Below, piece by piece: positions 15,953-26,510 of a stretch of 64,000 nucleotides of DNA. Origin of the DNA: a virus; the IMG/VR virus record IMGVR_UViG_3300035390_000014, positions 135,888-199,887 of that record. The stretch is one strand, 5' to 3'. Within the stretch, counting starts at the first letter, position 1, and the number at the start of each line of letters is the position of its first letter. The notes beneath the pieces are model-generated. The model ran no database searches, was not told where the DNA came from, and worked only from the letters and a program-made list of their open reading frames with translations. A program made the translations under genes and the position numbers.

Positions 15953-16807
15953 ATGTTATGTGATTATGGTTGTGGTAAAGAGGCTACTCACCAATTTAAA
16001 AACGGTAAGTGGTGTTGTTCTAAACTATCAGTACATTGAGCTAAAATAGTTTCTATTAGGTCAATAGAAATAAAGAAAACTGCTAATACTCAAAAACATA
16101 AAGATAAAATGAGTAAAGTAATTAAAAAAATATGGAAAGACCCAAATCATATTTATAATGATAAAGAACATCAGAAAAAGAGAAATAAAATCTTAAGTAA
16201 AGCTCATTCTAAACCAGAAACAAAAAAACTTAGATCAAAAATAATGAAAGAAAAATGGAAAGATAAAAATTCTGGATTGAATAACTCTAAAAGAAGTGAA
16301 GGAGCTTCAGAATCAATGATAAAAGTTTGGAGTTCTCTTAGTGAAGAAGAAAGAAATCAGTGGTGTATTAACTGTTCTGTAGGATGGACTGAAGAAAAAA
16401 GGATAGAAAAATCTAAAGTTGCTAAACAAAAATGGTCAGAAGATGATTATAGAATTAAAATGAAAGATGGTAGACATAACTCTCCAAATAAGGAAGAAGA
16501 ACAACTAGAAGAATTATTAAATAATTTATTTCCCAATGAATATAAATTTGTAGGAAATTTTGATTTATTTATAAATGGTAAAAATCCAGATTTTGTAAAT
16601 ATTTTAAGTAAAAAAGTTATAGAATATTTTGGTTCTTATTGGCATAGTGAATTAATGACAGGTGAAAAAGAATATATTCATGAAAATAAAAGAATAAATC
16701 ATTTTATAAATAGTGGATATAATTGTTTAATTATTTGGGATTTTGAATTTAAAAATAAGAAAGAACTTATTAAAAAATTAAAAAAATTTAATCAGGAGAT
16801 ATTATAA
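15953..16807 (+). pseudogene. Zn-finger/Vsr-like homing endonuclease interrupted by an in-frame TGA at 16037-16039
   Basis: GAGGT RBS; MLCDYGCG...WCCS...H[TGA] is in frame with the 16109 ORF carrying PDF, IEYFG.YWH and LIIW motifs. Confidence 0.55.
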
Positions 16808-17313
16808 TGCCTTTTCGGACTTTTTTTGACTGGTGTTTTGATGGAAACATTAAAAATGAAATACCTAGTGGTGAAGGGGTTCCTGAGATTTTAAAATATA
16901 ATTCACCAATTCATTCAGATTTTTTGATGAAATCTTTTGTTACAAATGGTAAGTTGAATCATTACTTAAATAAATATCTTAATAATATTGGAGTTAGATA
17001 TATTAGTAAAGAAGATTTATTTTATTTTTATAAACAATGTGTAATTGATTTTAAAATTAAAAGAGGTGATATTCATTATGTTGGGTGGTCAAAAAATGAT
17101 ATCTTATTTACTAAATTATCAAAGAAAAGACCTTTATTAAAGAAAGATGAAATACAAATATTATGTGAAATAATTGATAAATCAGATGATAAGGATTCTA
17201 TATATAGGTCACTTGGTATTGATAAAAAAGAAGTAGAGAAAAAGAAAATAAAAAAGAAAGTCACCAAGATAAGTAGTAAGAATTTTATTGCTCAAAATTT
17301 TGGAATAATGTAG
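16807..17313 (+). CDS. Hypothetical protein in the replication cluster
   Basis: 168-aa ORF, translationally coupled. Confidence 0.6.
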   Translation: MPFRTFFDWCFDGNIKNEIPSGEGVPEILKYNSPIHSDFLMKSFVTNGKLNHYLNKYLNNIGVRYISKEDLFYFYKQCVIDFKIKRGDIHYVGWSKNDILFTKLSKKRPLLKKDEIQILCEIIDKSDDKDSIYRSLGIDKKEVEKKKIKKKVTKISSKNFIAQNFGIM

Positions 17314-17507
17314 GAGATTTTTATGAATTGTCATAATTGTAAAGCAAGTATGAAAAAAATGGGACAAACCAATACCTGGATACAAAAACATTTTTACTGG
17401 TGCCCAGAATGTGGAACATTTGCAATAGAAGAACACGACATTAAACTCCAACCAGATACTATATGGTATAAACCAGGTTATTTATTAGAATTTAATAAGG
17501 GGAAGAA

Positions 17508-20500
17508 ATGAAAATAATGCAATCATTTGCAGATTGTTTAGGTTGTAAATTAATTGATGCAGATTCATGCATTATGGATACTAATTCAAGAGCTGATTTA
17601 ACCCAGGTTGATGTTGTTTTTGTTGCCGAAAATCCAGGTAAGGATGAAATTAAACAAGAGAAACCAATGGTTGGTAGATCAGGAAAAACATTCAGAAAAT
17701 TTTTTGACCAATATATTAAAAAAGATTATAAATGGCTATTAACCAATGCTGTTATGTGTTTAACATTAGATGAAAAAGGTAATACAGGAACTCCTGATGA
17801 CGAAACAATTGAAAGATGTAAAGTAAATTGTTTTAATATAATTAAAACTTGTAAACCAAAATTGATAGTACTTCTTGGGACTAGTCCAATGAAAGCATTT
17901 GGTATTGCTGAAAATGGAGTAACCAAAAGACGTGGTCAATTTTTTAAATGGGAAGGGTTTGATGTTCTATTAACAATTCATCCAAGTTATGTTAATAGGG
18001 ATAGAAAAGAAAGAGAACCTATATTTGAAGAAGATATAAAAACTGCGGCTGAGTTTCTTAGTTCTGATGAAGTGGGAAGTTTTGATCTTACTCCAAAAAC
18101 AGCATTTACTAATGATAGTTTAGCAGTTGGTAATAAAGGAATCTATAGATATCAAATACCAAAAAAGTTTTACACAGAAGACTATAGATTGGTTGATATA
18201 CAATTCCTGAGTCGAGCTGAGAAGGTCTTATACATTTTTAGGGATAAGGATAACAATAAAGTATATCACACTGAAAATGATGACTATTACTGTTATCAAT
18301 CACCTGCTGATGTTGAGGCAAGAAAGATTGTGTCTTATGATAAATTAGATATTGTTAAATTGCCTTATAAAGATAAAATAAAATTAAATAGTGATATAAC
18401 ATATGAAGGTGATTTAAGAATAACTGTTAAACATGCCTTTGATTACTATGCCCAAAACAAAGGTGAAGCAAAAAGAATATCATCTAATATTATGTTTTGT
18501 GATATTGAAATTGATGTTGGAATTAACAATCAAACATTTCCTCAACCAAGTGAAGCATTGTATCCAGTTGATTTAATCACAAGCATATTTCAAACACCTA
18601 AAAAGAAAATTTGTTATATATTGGATAATGGGTCAGAAGAAATTAAACCAATTGAAGATGTTGAATTTAAAATCTTTAAAAATGAAAAGAATTTAATTTT
18701 AGCATGGATTAGAGATTTTAAATTTTATGATCCTGATTTTATGTCTGGTTGGAATTTTATTGGTTTTGATATGGAATATATGTTCAACAGAATGAAGAGA
18801 CTTAAAATTCCAATTTCAACTATGTCAAAATTTAAAGAGTTTTATTGTGATGGTGAAAGATTTTTATGTAAGTTACCTGGTTGTATTGTATTGGATCAGA
18901 TGCATCTTTATAAAATGTTTACCTTTACTAAAATGGAAAATTATAAATTAGACTTTATTGCTTACCATGAATTAAAAAGAAATAAATTGGAGTTGCCTGC
19001 AAAGTTTAATAAAATGTATTGGGAGCATTTGAATACTCTAATTGAATACAATGTTTTAGATACTGTATTGCTTGAAGAGTTGGAGAATAAAGTAAACCAT
19101 ATTAATCTTTTAAATGAGTTGAGGACTATTTGTACTGCAAGTTTTGAAGCAGCTGCTTCACCTCAAAATCAGGTCGATTCAATTGTTGTTAATTTTTTAA
19201 GAGAAAAAGGTCTTTCATCTAAGAATGCTGAAACCCATGCTAAAAAGAAATACCCTGGAGCATTTGTATTAACTCCAGACCCAGGCATTTATGATACAGC
19301 AGTTGACTTTGATTTTAAATCTCTATATCCATCTCTTATTAGAACTTATAACATTGGACTAAACAACTTTATAATGAGAACAAAAGAACCCATATTAGGT
19401 TATGATCTTGCATATAATAGAGATTTACTTCCGGATAAAATTTCAATGATAATGGATCCAATGTTTTCAAATAAAGAAGTTGTAATGAATAAAGAAGATA
19501 TCTTTAAACAAATTGAAGATGAAGAATTGATTCATACAGTTAATGGTTGTTTCTATACTAACCATGAAAAAGAACTTTCTTGGTATAGTTTAATTCTGGA
19601 GAATCTTCTTAATTCCAGAACCAATTATAAAAACTTAATGTTTAAAGCTAAAGATGAAGGCAACAAAGAATTAAAGGAATTGTATTTTACTAAGCAGTTA
19701 GTATATAAGGTTGTCGCAAATACACTTTATGGTGTCATTGCTAATAAATCATTTAGATTCTTTAATTTAGCTTGTGCAGCAGCTATCACATTAAGTGGGC
19801 AAGAGGCATTGAAAGCTTCTGTTATTGAAGGTAATAATTATATGTCTCATTTAAAAACTGGTGATGCATTAGTTAGAGAACCAATAGCAAGTAAAGTTGA
19901 AATGTATCATGATCCTGAATCACCAACTGGAGCATTTCCAACAAGAGAATTTGATTATATAATAACAGGAGATACCGATTCAATTTTTTGTTGTTTTGAA
20001 GCATTTAAAGGTGATAAATCAGATGAAGTAATACATGGACATTGTGGAAAAATTCAAGATTATTTGAATGGTGAAATAATGAAAGAAATAGTTGAAGCTC
20101 ATAATGTTAGATTTGAAGAATGTAAATTAGTTTTAAAAAATGAGTTGATTATTTCAAGAGGATTATTTCTTGCTAAAAAGAGATATGCTATTCATGTAAC
20201 TAATAATGAAGGCGTTAAATGTGATGAAGTTAATTACATGGGAATTGAAGTTAAAAGGTCCGACTTTCCAAGTCATTCAAAAGTGTTTCTAAAAGAGTTA
20301 CTTGATATTGTTTTAAAACAAGAGAATATAACAGTACCAAAACTTTTTAAATTTGTTCATAGTAAAGAAAAAGAGTTTAGAAAATTAATTTTACAAGGAA
20401 GTAAAACAGTAGGCCGTCCAGTTTCTTTTGGTAAAGAGCTAAAGAAATATAAAACTATACCTCAAGGGGTAAGAGCTATGTTAGCTTTTAATGATATCTC

Positions 20501-20783
20501 ATATACAGCACATTACCCTGGTTCGAGGGGATATATGTTTAGGGTTAGAGGGATTGATTATACTAAGGCGCCACAGGAAGTAATTGATAATTACGAAAAG
20601 AATTTTATTGTTAAAGGTAGAAAGTTAGAGGTTATAGCTATACCTGATGAAGAAGATTTTTTGCCAGATTATTATATTCCTGATGTTACAGGTAATCTTG
20701 ATTTTGCTTATACAGCAAGATATAAATTAATGTTGGATCCATTAATTAAAGTCCAACAGGCACAAAGGATATTAACTATATGA
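17508..20783 (+). CDS. Family B DNA polymerase with an N-terminal family-4 uracil-DNA glycosylase-like domain
   Basis: N terminus C..C.L, AENPG..E, GRSG and HPSY; exonuclease DIE; DFKSLYPS, KVVANTLYG, GDTDS and KKRYA. Confidence 0.93.
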   Translation: MKIMQSFADCLGCKLIDADSCIMDTNSRADLTQVDVVFVAENPGKDEIKQEKPMVGRSGKTFRKFFDQYIKKDYKWLLTNAVMCLTLDEKGNTGTPDDETIERCKVNCFNIIKTCKPKLIVLLGTSPMKAFGIAENGVTKRRGQFFKWEGFDVLLTIHPSYVNRDRKEREPIFEEDIKTAAEFLSSDEVGSFDLTPKTAFTNDSLAVGNKGIYRYQIPKKFYTEDYRLVDIQFLSRAEKVLYIFRDKDNNKVYHTENDDYYCYQSPADVEARKIVSYDKLDIVKLPYKDKIKLNSDITYEGDLRITVKHAFDYYAQNKGEAKRISSNIMFCDIEIDVGINNQTFPQPSEALYPVDLITSIFQTPKKKICYILDNGSEEIKPIEDVEFKIFKNEKNLILAWIRDFKFYDPDFMSGWNFIGFDMEYMFNRMKRLKIPISTMSKFKEFYCDGERFLCKLPGCIVLDQMHLYKMFTFTKMENYKLDFIAYHELKRNKLELPAKFNKMYWEHLNTLIEYNVLDTVLLEELENKVNHINLLNELRTICTASFEAAASPQNQVDSIVVNFLREKGLSSKNAETHAKKKYPGAFVLTPDPGIYDTAVDFDFKSLYPSLIRTYNIGLNNFIMRTKEPILGYDLAYNRDLLPDKISMIMDPMFSNKEVVMNKEDIFKQIEDEELIHTVNGCFYTNHEKELSWYSLILENLLNSRTNYKNLMFKAKDEGNKELKELYFTKQLVYKVVANTLYGVIANKSFRFFNLACAAAITLSGQEALKASVIEGNNYMSHLKTGDALVREPIASKVEMYHDPESPTGAFPTREFDYIITGDTDSIFCCFEAFKGDKSDEVIHGHCGKIQDYLNGEIMKEIVEAHNVRFEECKLVLKNELIISRGLFLAKKRYAIHVTNNEGVKCDEVNYMGIEVKRSDFPSHSKVFLKELLDIVLKQENITVPKLFKFVHSKEKEFRKLILQGSKTVGRPVSFGKELKKYKTIPQGVRAMLAFNDISYTAHYPGSRGYMFRVRGIDYTKAPQEVIDNYEKNFIVKGRKLEVIAIPDEEDFLPDYYIPDVTGNLDFAYTARYKLMLDPLIKVQQAQRILTI

Positions 20784-21394
20784 AAGAAATAAGAGATTAT
20801 GATTGGTATAGTAACGAATGGCCATTTTTATTTCAAGTTGAAGATTTAAAAAGAGATTTAAAAACTAATGGAGTTTTGGGTCATTGTAAAAATAAAAATT
20901 GTAAACATTCTGTGGAAAATGATGGATGGTATTTGTTAAATAATGCTGATCTTTATTATAGAAATTGGGGATTAATAAGAAATTGGGATACTTATAATTT
21001 TTATTGTAGTCAAGAATGTAAAGAAGAATGTCCTATATATGGTAAAACAGCTTCCGCATTAATTAAACAATATGGATTAATTATAACTGATAATGATGAA
21101 GATGCTGATGAATGGGGAAGTGAACCTTATACTTCATCAGAAAAACAAGAGTGGAGAATAAATGTTTTTGAAAGAGAAAATGGGAAGTGTCAATTTTGTG
21201 GAGGAAAAGCAATACATGTTCACCATGAAAAACCTGTTAAAACTCACCCAATATTTGCATTAGATCCTGATAATGGTATATGTGCTTGTATTAAATGTCA
21301 TTATAAATATGGACATAAAACAGGAACCCCATGCTCTACTGGAAATTTAGCTCAAACAATTTGTAAAAAAATTGTGAAGGAGGTATCATTATGA
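20780..21394 (+). CDS. HNH endonuclease
   Basis: CQFCG....HVHH..P...DPDNG..AC..CH motif. Confidence 0.8.
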   Translation: MKEIRDYDWYSNEWPFLFQVEDLKRDLKTNGVLGHCKNKNCKHSVENDGWYLLNNADLYYRNWGLIRNWDTYNFYCSQECKEECPIYGKTASALIKQYGLIITDNDEDADEWGSEPYTSSEKQEWRINVFERENGKCQFCGGKAIHVHHEKPVKTHPIFALDPDNGICACIKCHYKYGHKTGTPCSTGNLAQTICKKIVKEVSL

Positions 21395-21602
21395 AAAGAG
21401 ATTATTCAAATTTTATTGATGAAACTTATATACATAATGAAGACTTAGTACCATGTATAAAAGAGGAAATTAAAAAAACTATTAAGGAAGATCCTATAGA
21501 TGATGCAGTTGAAAATATTATGGAATTAATATTTGAAACTAGATATGAATGGTAGGAAATAATTTAACATAATAAGAACATATTATAAATTAAAGGAGAG
21601 CT

Positions 21603-22259
21603 ATGGAAACCGTTAAGCTAATCGAATGTATTAACACATGGCAGGGAGAAGGTGTAGATACCGGACAAAGAATGTTGTTGTGTAGATTTAAGTATTGTAA
21701 TAGAAAATGTTCTTGGTGTGATACTCTTGTTAAAATGAGAGCAGTCCAGGAAGCTGAATTTAAATTGGCCAAACTTCAAGAAATTATAGATGAAGAACGC
21801 ACTGGTTTAATGATAACAGGTGGTGAACCAACATTTTCAAGTCAGTTGCAACAAACAATTTCCATGTTAAATACTTTAGATTATCCTGTTGCTAATGTAG
21901 AAACAAATGGTTTAGGGTTGTTGGAATTGATTAAGGAAGTTAGTCATGATAAAAATGTTCATTATAGTTTTTCACCAAAATTATTCAATGATCAAGATAT
22001 TGAAGATGCACTTGACTTAGCAGAAATACTTAGTTCTAACCCTAATGTATTTCTAAAAATTGTATTTGGATATGAAAAATTAACTATAGAATTTATTGAA
22101 GATGTTATTAAATTCTTTCCTGCAAATAGGATTTATTTAATGCCTCTTGGTAAAGATAGAGATCAAATGTTTGGTAATGCTCCAGACGTATTTGATGCAG
22201 CAGAAAAGTATAAAACTAACATTAGTAGTCGTATGCATCTTGTATATGATTTTGTGTAG
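21603..22259 (+). CDS. queE: 7-carboxy-7-deazaguanine synthase-like radical SAM enzyme
   Basis: TWQGEG..TG, R...CNRKCSWCDT, ITGGEP, ETNG, SPK and RMH motifs. Confidence 0.85.
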   Translation: METVKLIECINTWQGEGVDTGQRMLLCRFKYCNRKCSWCDTLVKMRAVQEAEFKLAKLQEIIDEERTGLMITGGEPTFSSQLQQTISMLNTLDYPVANVETNGLGLLELIKEVSHDKNVHYSFSPKLFNDQDIEDALDLAEILSSNPNVFLKIVFGYEKLTIEFIEDVIKFFPANRIYLMPLGKDRDQMFGNAPDVFDAAEKYKTNISSRMHLVYDFV

Positions 22260-22523
22260 TTTGTTATGAAAAATAAAAAATTAATCGACTGGTTAAGTGA
22301 ATACCCAGATGATTATGATATTAATTTTTCTCAATATACCTCAATAATTGACGAAGATACTGATGAAGAATATTTCATAGTTTTAGATGATCCAATTGTT
22401 GGTATATTGAAAAATGATGATACTAAAGAAATTCGTTTATTCACAAGATCAAGTAAAGAGAGAGTTGTAAAACAAATAGAATCTGGTGAAAACTGGAAAA
22501 AATTAATTTAAGGGGAACTAAAA

Positions 22524-22850
22524 ATGGGTATGATTCCAATCGCAGTAGGTGACAATGTAATTTGTAAGGCAATCGCTGAAAGTATGAAAACAGATGGTGG
22601 TCTTTATATTCCATCAACTGCACAGAAACAGCTACCACAGAAAAATGCAGTAGTTGTATCAGTTGGTGAAAAATGTGAATCTATTTTTAAAACAGGAGAC
22701 ACAGTAGTTGTACATCAGCAAGCTGGACAAGCAATGGTATATGGTAAAGATGTTTATATGGTTTTTAAAGAACCAGAAATTTATGGTATTGTAGATAGAG
22801 CTGAGATGACCGAAGCAGAGGCTATTGACGAAACTATGAAACGTAGATAA
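22524..22850 (+). CDS. groES: Co-chaperonin GroES-like
   Basis: P.GDNV, TDGGLYIP..A, VVSVG and E.EIYG motifs. Confidence 0.85.
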   Translation: MGMIPIAVGDNVICKAIAESMKTDGGLYIPSTAQKQLPQKNAVVVSVGEKCESIFKTGDTVVVHQQAGQAMVYGKDVYMVFKEPEIYGIVDRAEMTEAEAIDETMKRR

Positions 22851-23266
22851 ATAAAAATGGGGAAGTGTTATAGATATTTAATAACACTTCCCTTTTAAGG
22901 AGAATAAAATGGGTGAAAAACCATATATAGAAACTAAGCGAATTATGATTGATAGAAAATATAATCCTAAGTATGGTGACGATAAAATTTGTAAATGTGG
23001 TCATCCATATTATAGACATTTTGATAGTTATGAAAATATGAACCCTTGTGGTTGTAAATATTGTGATTGTTTTACATTTGAATTAAAAATAAATGTTGTT
23101 AATTATTTAGTTCATATTACTGATACTGGTAGACGAACGATTGAATGTGAAACGAAAGAACAAGTTTACGATGCCCTTGGTGAAACATCATTAGGAGCAT
23201 TATATGAAGTAACTAGTCCTACTGGTAAAGATATAGAAGAATTTATTCCATTTTAAGGAGAAAAAA

Positions 23267-23932
23267 ATGATTTTAGTGAAACCAAGTTTTGAGATTAGAA
23301 CTGATCTCGATGGTATGAAAATGCTTAGAAACATTGAAGAAGCTGGTAGAGTATGTTATAAATCAGAAGATAAAATTACTGATGAATCTGCTGAAAAATT
23401 TGTGAGAGGAATTATAAAAAGTGGTCATCATTCAGTGATTGAACATGAATCATTGAGCGTTAAATTTATTTGCGACCGTGGTGTTACTCATGAAATGGTA
23501 AGACATAGACTTGCTGCTTATTCTCAAGAAAGTACTAGATATTGTAACTATGGTAAAGATAAATTTAAAAATCAAGTTACTTATATTATTCCGGTTTGGT
23601 CAAATATTCCAGAAGGAGTGTACAACGATACATATATTTGTAAAACAGGCGGTGAACAAATATGGTTTAATGCTATGCTTAATTTAGAACAAGATTATTT
23701 AAATCTTTTAAATGTAGGTTGGGTTCCTCAACAGGCTAGATCTATTCTTCCAAACTCATTAAAAACTGAAATTGTAATGACATGTAACGTTAGAGAGTGG
23801 AGACATGTATTCAATTTAAGAACTTCAATGGCCGCTCACCCTCAAATTGTTGAAGTTATGAAACCACTACAACAAAAACTTCAAGAGATGGTCCCAGTAA
23901 TTTTTGATCAGGAAAAGAAAGTTAATAAATAG
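23267..23932 (+). CDS. thyX: FAD-dependent thymidylate synthase
   Basis: GH.SVIEH, RHR...YSQESTRY, AR.ILP and AHPQI motifs. Confidence 0.95.
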   Translation: MILVKPSFEIRTDLDGMKMLRNIEEAGRVCYKSEDKITDESAEKFVRGIIKSGHHSVIEHESLSVKFICDRGVTHEMVRHRLAAYSQESTRYCNYGKDKFKNQVTYIIPVWSNIPEGVYNDTYICKTGGEQIWFNAMLNLEQDYLNLLNVGWVPQQARSILPNSLKTEIVMTCNVREWRHVFNLRTSMAAHPQIVEVMKPLQQKLQEMVPVIFDQEKKVNK

Positions 23933-23941
23933 AGGTAACTA

Positions 23942-24685
23942 ATGGAAATTATATCCAAAGACATTAAAATAAATAAAGATCTTTTTGATCAAACTTATCC
24001 TTTACTAGATAAGTTTAAAACTTTAGCTCCAGGCACATTTAAACATTCCCAAAATGTAGTTAATATGTGTGAAACTGTAGCTGTTGAATTAGGACTTAAT
24101 GTCGATGTTTTAAAAGCAGCAGCTTTATATCACGATATAGGTAAGATGAATAATCCTACATATTTCGCTGAAAATCAAGGTGATGATAATATTCATGATA
24201 CATTAGACCCACATGTTTCATATCAAATTATTTCGAGACATGTAGGTGATAGTGTTTTATATCTTATTCAAATAACTGATTTACCTTTTGAAGTTATAGA
24301 TATTGTTTCCCAACATCATGGAAATACTGTTTTGCAAGCTTTCCATAATAAATCTAAAACTGAACCGGAAGATAAATTTAGATATAAATGTTCTAAACCA
24401 GAATCAGCAGAGGCATTAATTCTAATGTTATGTGATTCAGTTGAAGCAACAACAAGAGCTATGTATAATGCTGGAAATGGTAATGAAGATTTTATCAATA
24501 AAGCAATAGACGGTACTATATCTAGATTGATGGATGATCAACAATTAGACAATATGAAAATTGGCACGTTAAATACTACTAAAAAAATTCTTGTTAAAGA
24601 ACTTGAAAGTATTTATCATAAACGAGTATCATATGAAGATGAAACACCAACAATAGCTGAAGCACGGATAGAAGAAAATAAATAG
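23942..24685 (+). CDS. Stand-alone HDIG phosphohydrolase resembling the PgpH/7TM-HD catalytic domain
   Basis: APGTF.HS, YHDIGK..NP.YF.ENQ, HHG, FRY...KP and LMLCDSVEA motifs. Confidence 0.8.
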   Translation: MEIISKDIKINKDLFDQTYPLLDKFKTLAPGTFKHSQNVVNMCETVAVELGLNVDVLKAAALYHDIGKMNNPTYFAENQGDDNIHDTLDPHVSYQIISRHVGDSVLYLIQITDLPFEVIDIVSQHHGNTVLQAFHNKSKTEPEDKFRYKCSKPESAEALILMLCDSVEATTRAMYNAGNGNEDFINKAIDGTISRLMDDQQLDNMKIGTLNTTKKILVKELESIYHKRVSYEDETPTIAEARIEENK

Positions 24686-24753
24686 ATGTAGAAATTATTA
24701 TGAAATTCAGTAACATATTATAAATATAATATAAGCGAAAGAGTGAGGAAATT

Positions 24754-26148
24754 ATGTCAGATAGTAACTATGTATTAGCGGGATTTGAAACTTTAGCTAC
24801 ATACTTTAAAAATTTTTCAGTTAGAAATTTACAAGGTAATTGGGATGATAATTTCACACCAGAAATTATGTCAAACTTTTTATCCCAGACATGTCATGGT
24901 TTCCTGCATTCTTTTGGTCAAAATTTTACAGGGAAAAAGAAATATGATAAATATGTAGCTACAGAGGCAGCATTATTTAGAGACTGTAGGGCATTTGGTA
25001 TTTTTAATGATTGTAATTTTATAGCTGATAGTGGCGGTTTTCAAGCTTCTATTGGTCGTATTGATGAACATGAAACTGATAGACTTGTCGACTTATATCA
25101 TGAGTTTTTGACCAATGAACATGATTGTATTGACAAAGCTTTTATTCTCGATTTACCTCCGGGTCCTGGTTGTAAACTATTTAAGAATTTCGATGATGTT
25201 TATTATGGAAATGAGAGAACTTATAATCTTGCAAAAAATCTTCCAGATGAAGCAAGAGAAAAAGTTATTTATATTCACCACTTTAGAACTCCAAAACTAT
25301 GGGATATATTCACTGATCTATTAAATTCGGATGGGATGTTTGATGCATTTCAACATTTCGGTACTGGTGGTATTGTAGCTAATATGTCTTCTGATACTGC
25401 TATACCATGTATTATATATGTATTGCCATTAATTCCTGTATTGAAAAAAGCTAAAGAAGCTGGTCGAAAAGAACTTGACTTTCATATTTTGGGCGGTGCT
25501 AATTTTAGAGATATCTTCTTCTATGAAATTTTTCAAAAGATTGTTAAAGAAACACATGATATTGAATTAAGAATTAGTTATGATAGCTCTGGTGTATTTA
25601 AAGGATTGATGCGTGGTCGAACAATGCATATTTTGGATGATCAAAATATTGTAAGAAAAATAGATGTTCGGTCTAATTGTCTTGATAAAGGATATATCAC
25701 CAATGATAAAATGAATGTTGAAGATATTATTAAATATAAAATGGATGATATGTCTGATAGATTCAACTTAAAAAAATTAGATCCATTTCAAATATACTGT
25801 CCTGATTCAGGTACCTTCCCAGATAACTTTAGAATGTATGCTGCTATGTTAGTATTAAGGACATATGCAGATGTTCAATTAATGTTAAGACAAAAAGCAC
25901 ATGATCTATATCCAGTTTATCAATCAGGTGATTTACAAGAATTTACCCAACAATGTTTGACCGTAACTCAAAATGTTAACCAGGGTAAAATAACTAGAAA
26001 ACAAAAAGCTAAAACTAACTCATTAATTAATTCAATAAAAATGCTTGTTAACTTGGATGAAGATTATTGTAAATATATTGTTAATAAACATTTGGCAAAG
26101 GATGAGTTCACTGATTTAAATCATACAACAAGATTACTAACGGTGTAA
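24754..26148 (+). CDS. TGT/DpdA-like transglycosylase (7-deazaguanine insertion)
   Basis: ADSGGFQ, LDLPP, HILG and SYDSS motifs; QueE nearby. Confidence 0.6.
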   Translation: MSDSNYVLAGFETLATYFKNFSVRNLQGNWDDNFTPEIMSNFLSQTCHGFLHSFGQNFTGKKKYDKYVATEAALFRDCRAFGIFNDCNFIADSGGFQASIGRIDEHETDRLVDLYHEFLTNEHDCIDKAFILDLPPGPGCKLFKNFDDVYYGNERTYNLAKNLPDEAREKVIYIHHFRTPKLWDIFTDLLNSDGMFDAFQHFGTGGIVANMSSDTAIPCIIYVLPLIPVLKKAKEAGRKELDFHILGGANFRDIFFYEIFQKIVKETHDIELRISYDSSGVFKGLMRGRTMHILDDQNIVRKIDVRSNCLDKGYITNDKMNVEDIIKYKMDDMSDRFNLKKLDPFQIYCPDSGTFPDNFRMYAAMLVLRTYADVQLMLRQKAHDLYPVYQSGDLQEFTQQCLTVTQNVNQGKITRKQKAKTNSLINSIKMLVNLDEDYCKYIVNKHLAKDEFTDLNHTTRLLTV

Positions 26149-26150
26149 TT

Positions 26151-26510
26151 ATGGATAGAACACAGCCATTAGAACCAGGCGATGTTGTATGTGATCAATG
26201 TAATGGTACAGGAGAACCTGGTAATAATAAAATTGATCCTGATGATAAACTTAGTATGGTTCCATGGTATTGTGATAAATGTGGCGGAACTGGGAAACTT
26301 GATTGGATAGAAAACATAACTGGAAGAAGATCAAGAATGTTTTCAATTAATTGGGAGAAAGAGTTTTCAACAGATTATACTTATAGAAGCGTTGAAGAGC
26401 AAAAAATGTTTGAAAAAGCAGCACAAAAAATTGCTGATGATATTGACCGAGATATTATAAAAAGGATTACAGATGGAGTTGAAACTGGAAGCTGGGGAAA
26501 TAATTTGTGA
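26151..26510 (+). CDS. CxxCxGxG zinc-finger protein, paralogue A
   Basis: CDQCNGTG, CDKCGGTG and KLDWIENITG. Confidence 0.65.
   Translation: MDRTQPLEPGDVVCDQCNGTGEPGNNKIDPDDKLSMVPWYCDKCGGTGKLDWIENITGRRSRMFSINWEKEFSTDYTYRSVEEQKMFEKAAQKIADDIDRDIIKRITDGVETGSWGNNL

Noticed and set aside
17508..20783. Intein or intron in the polymerase
   Set aside because: The extra length is explained by the UDG-like domain; no intein splice motifs or frame break were seen
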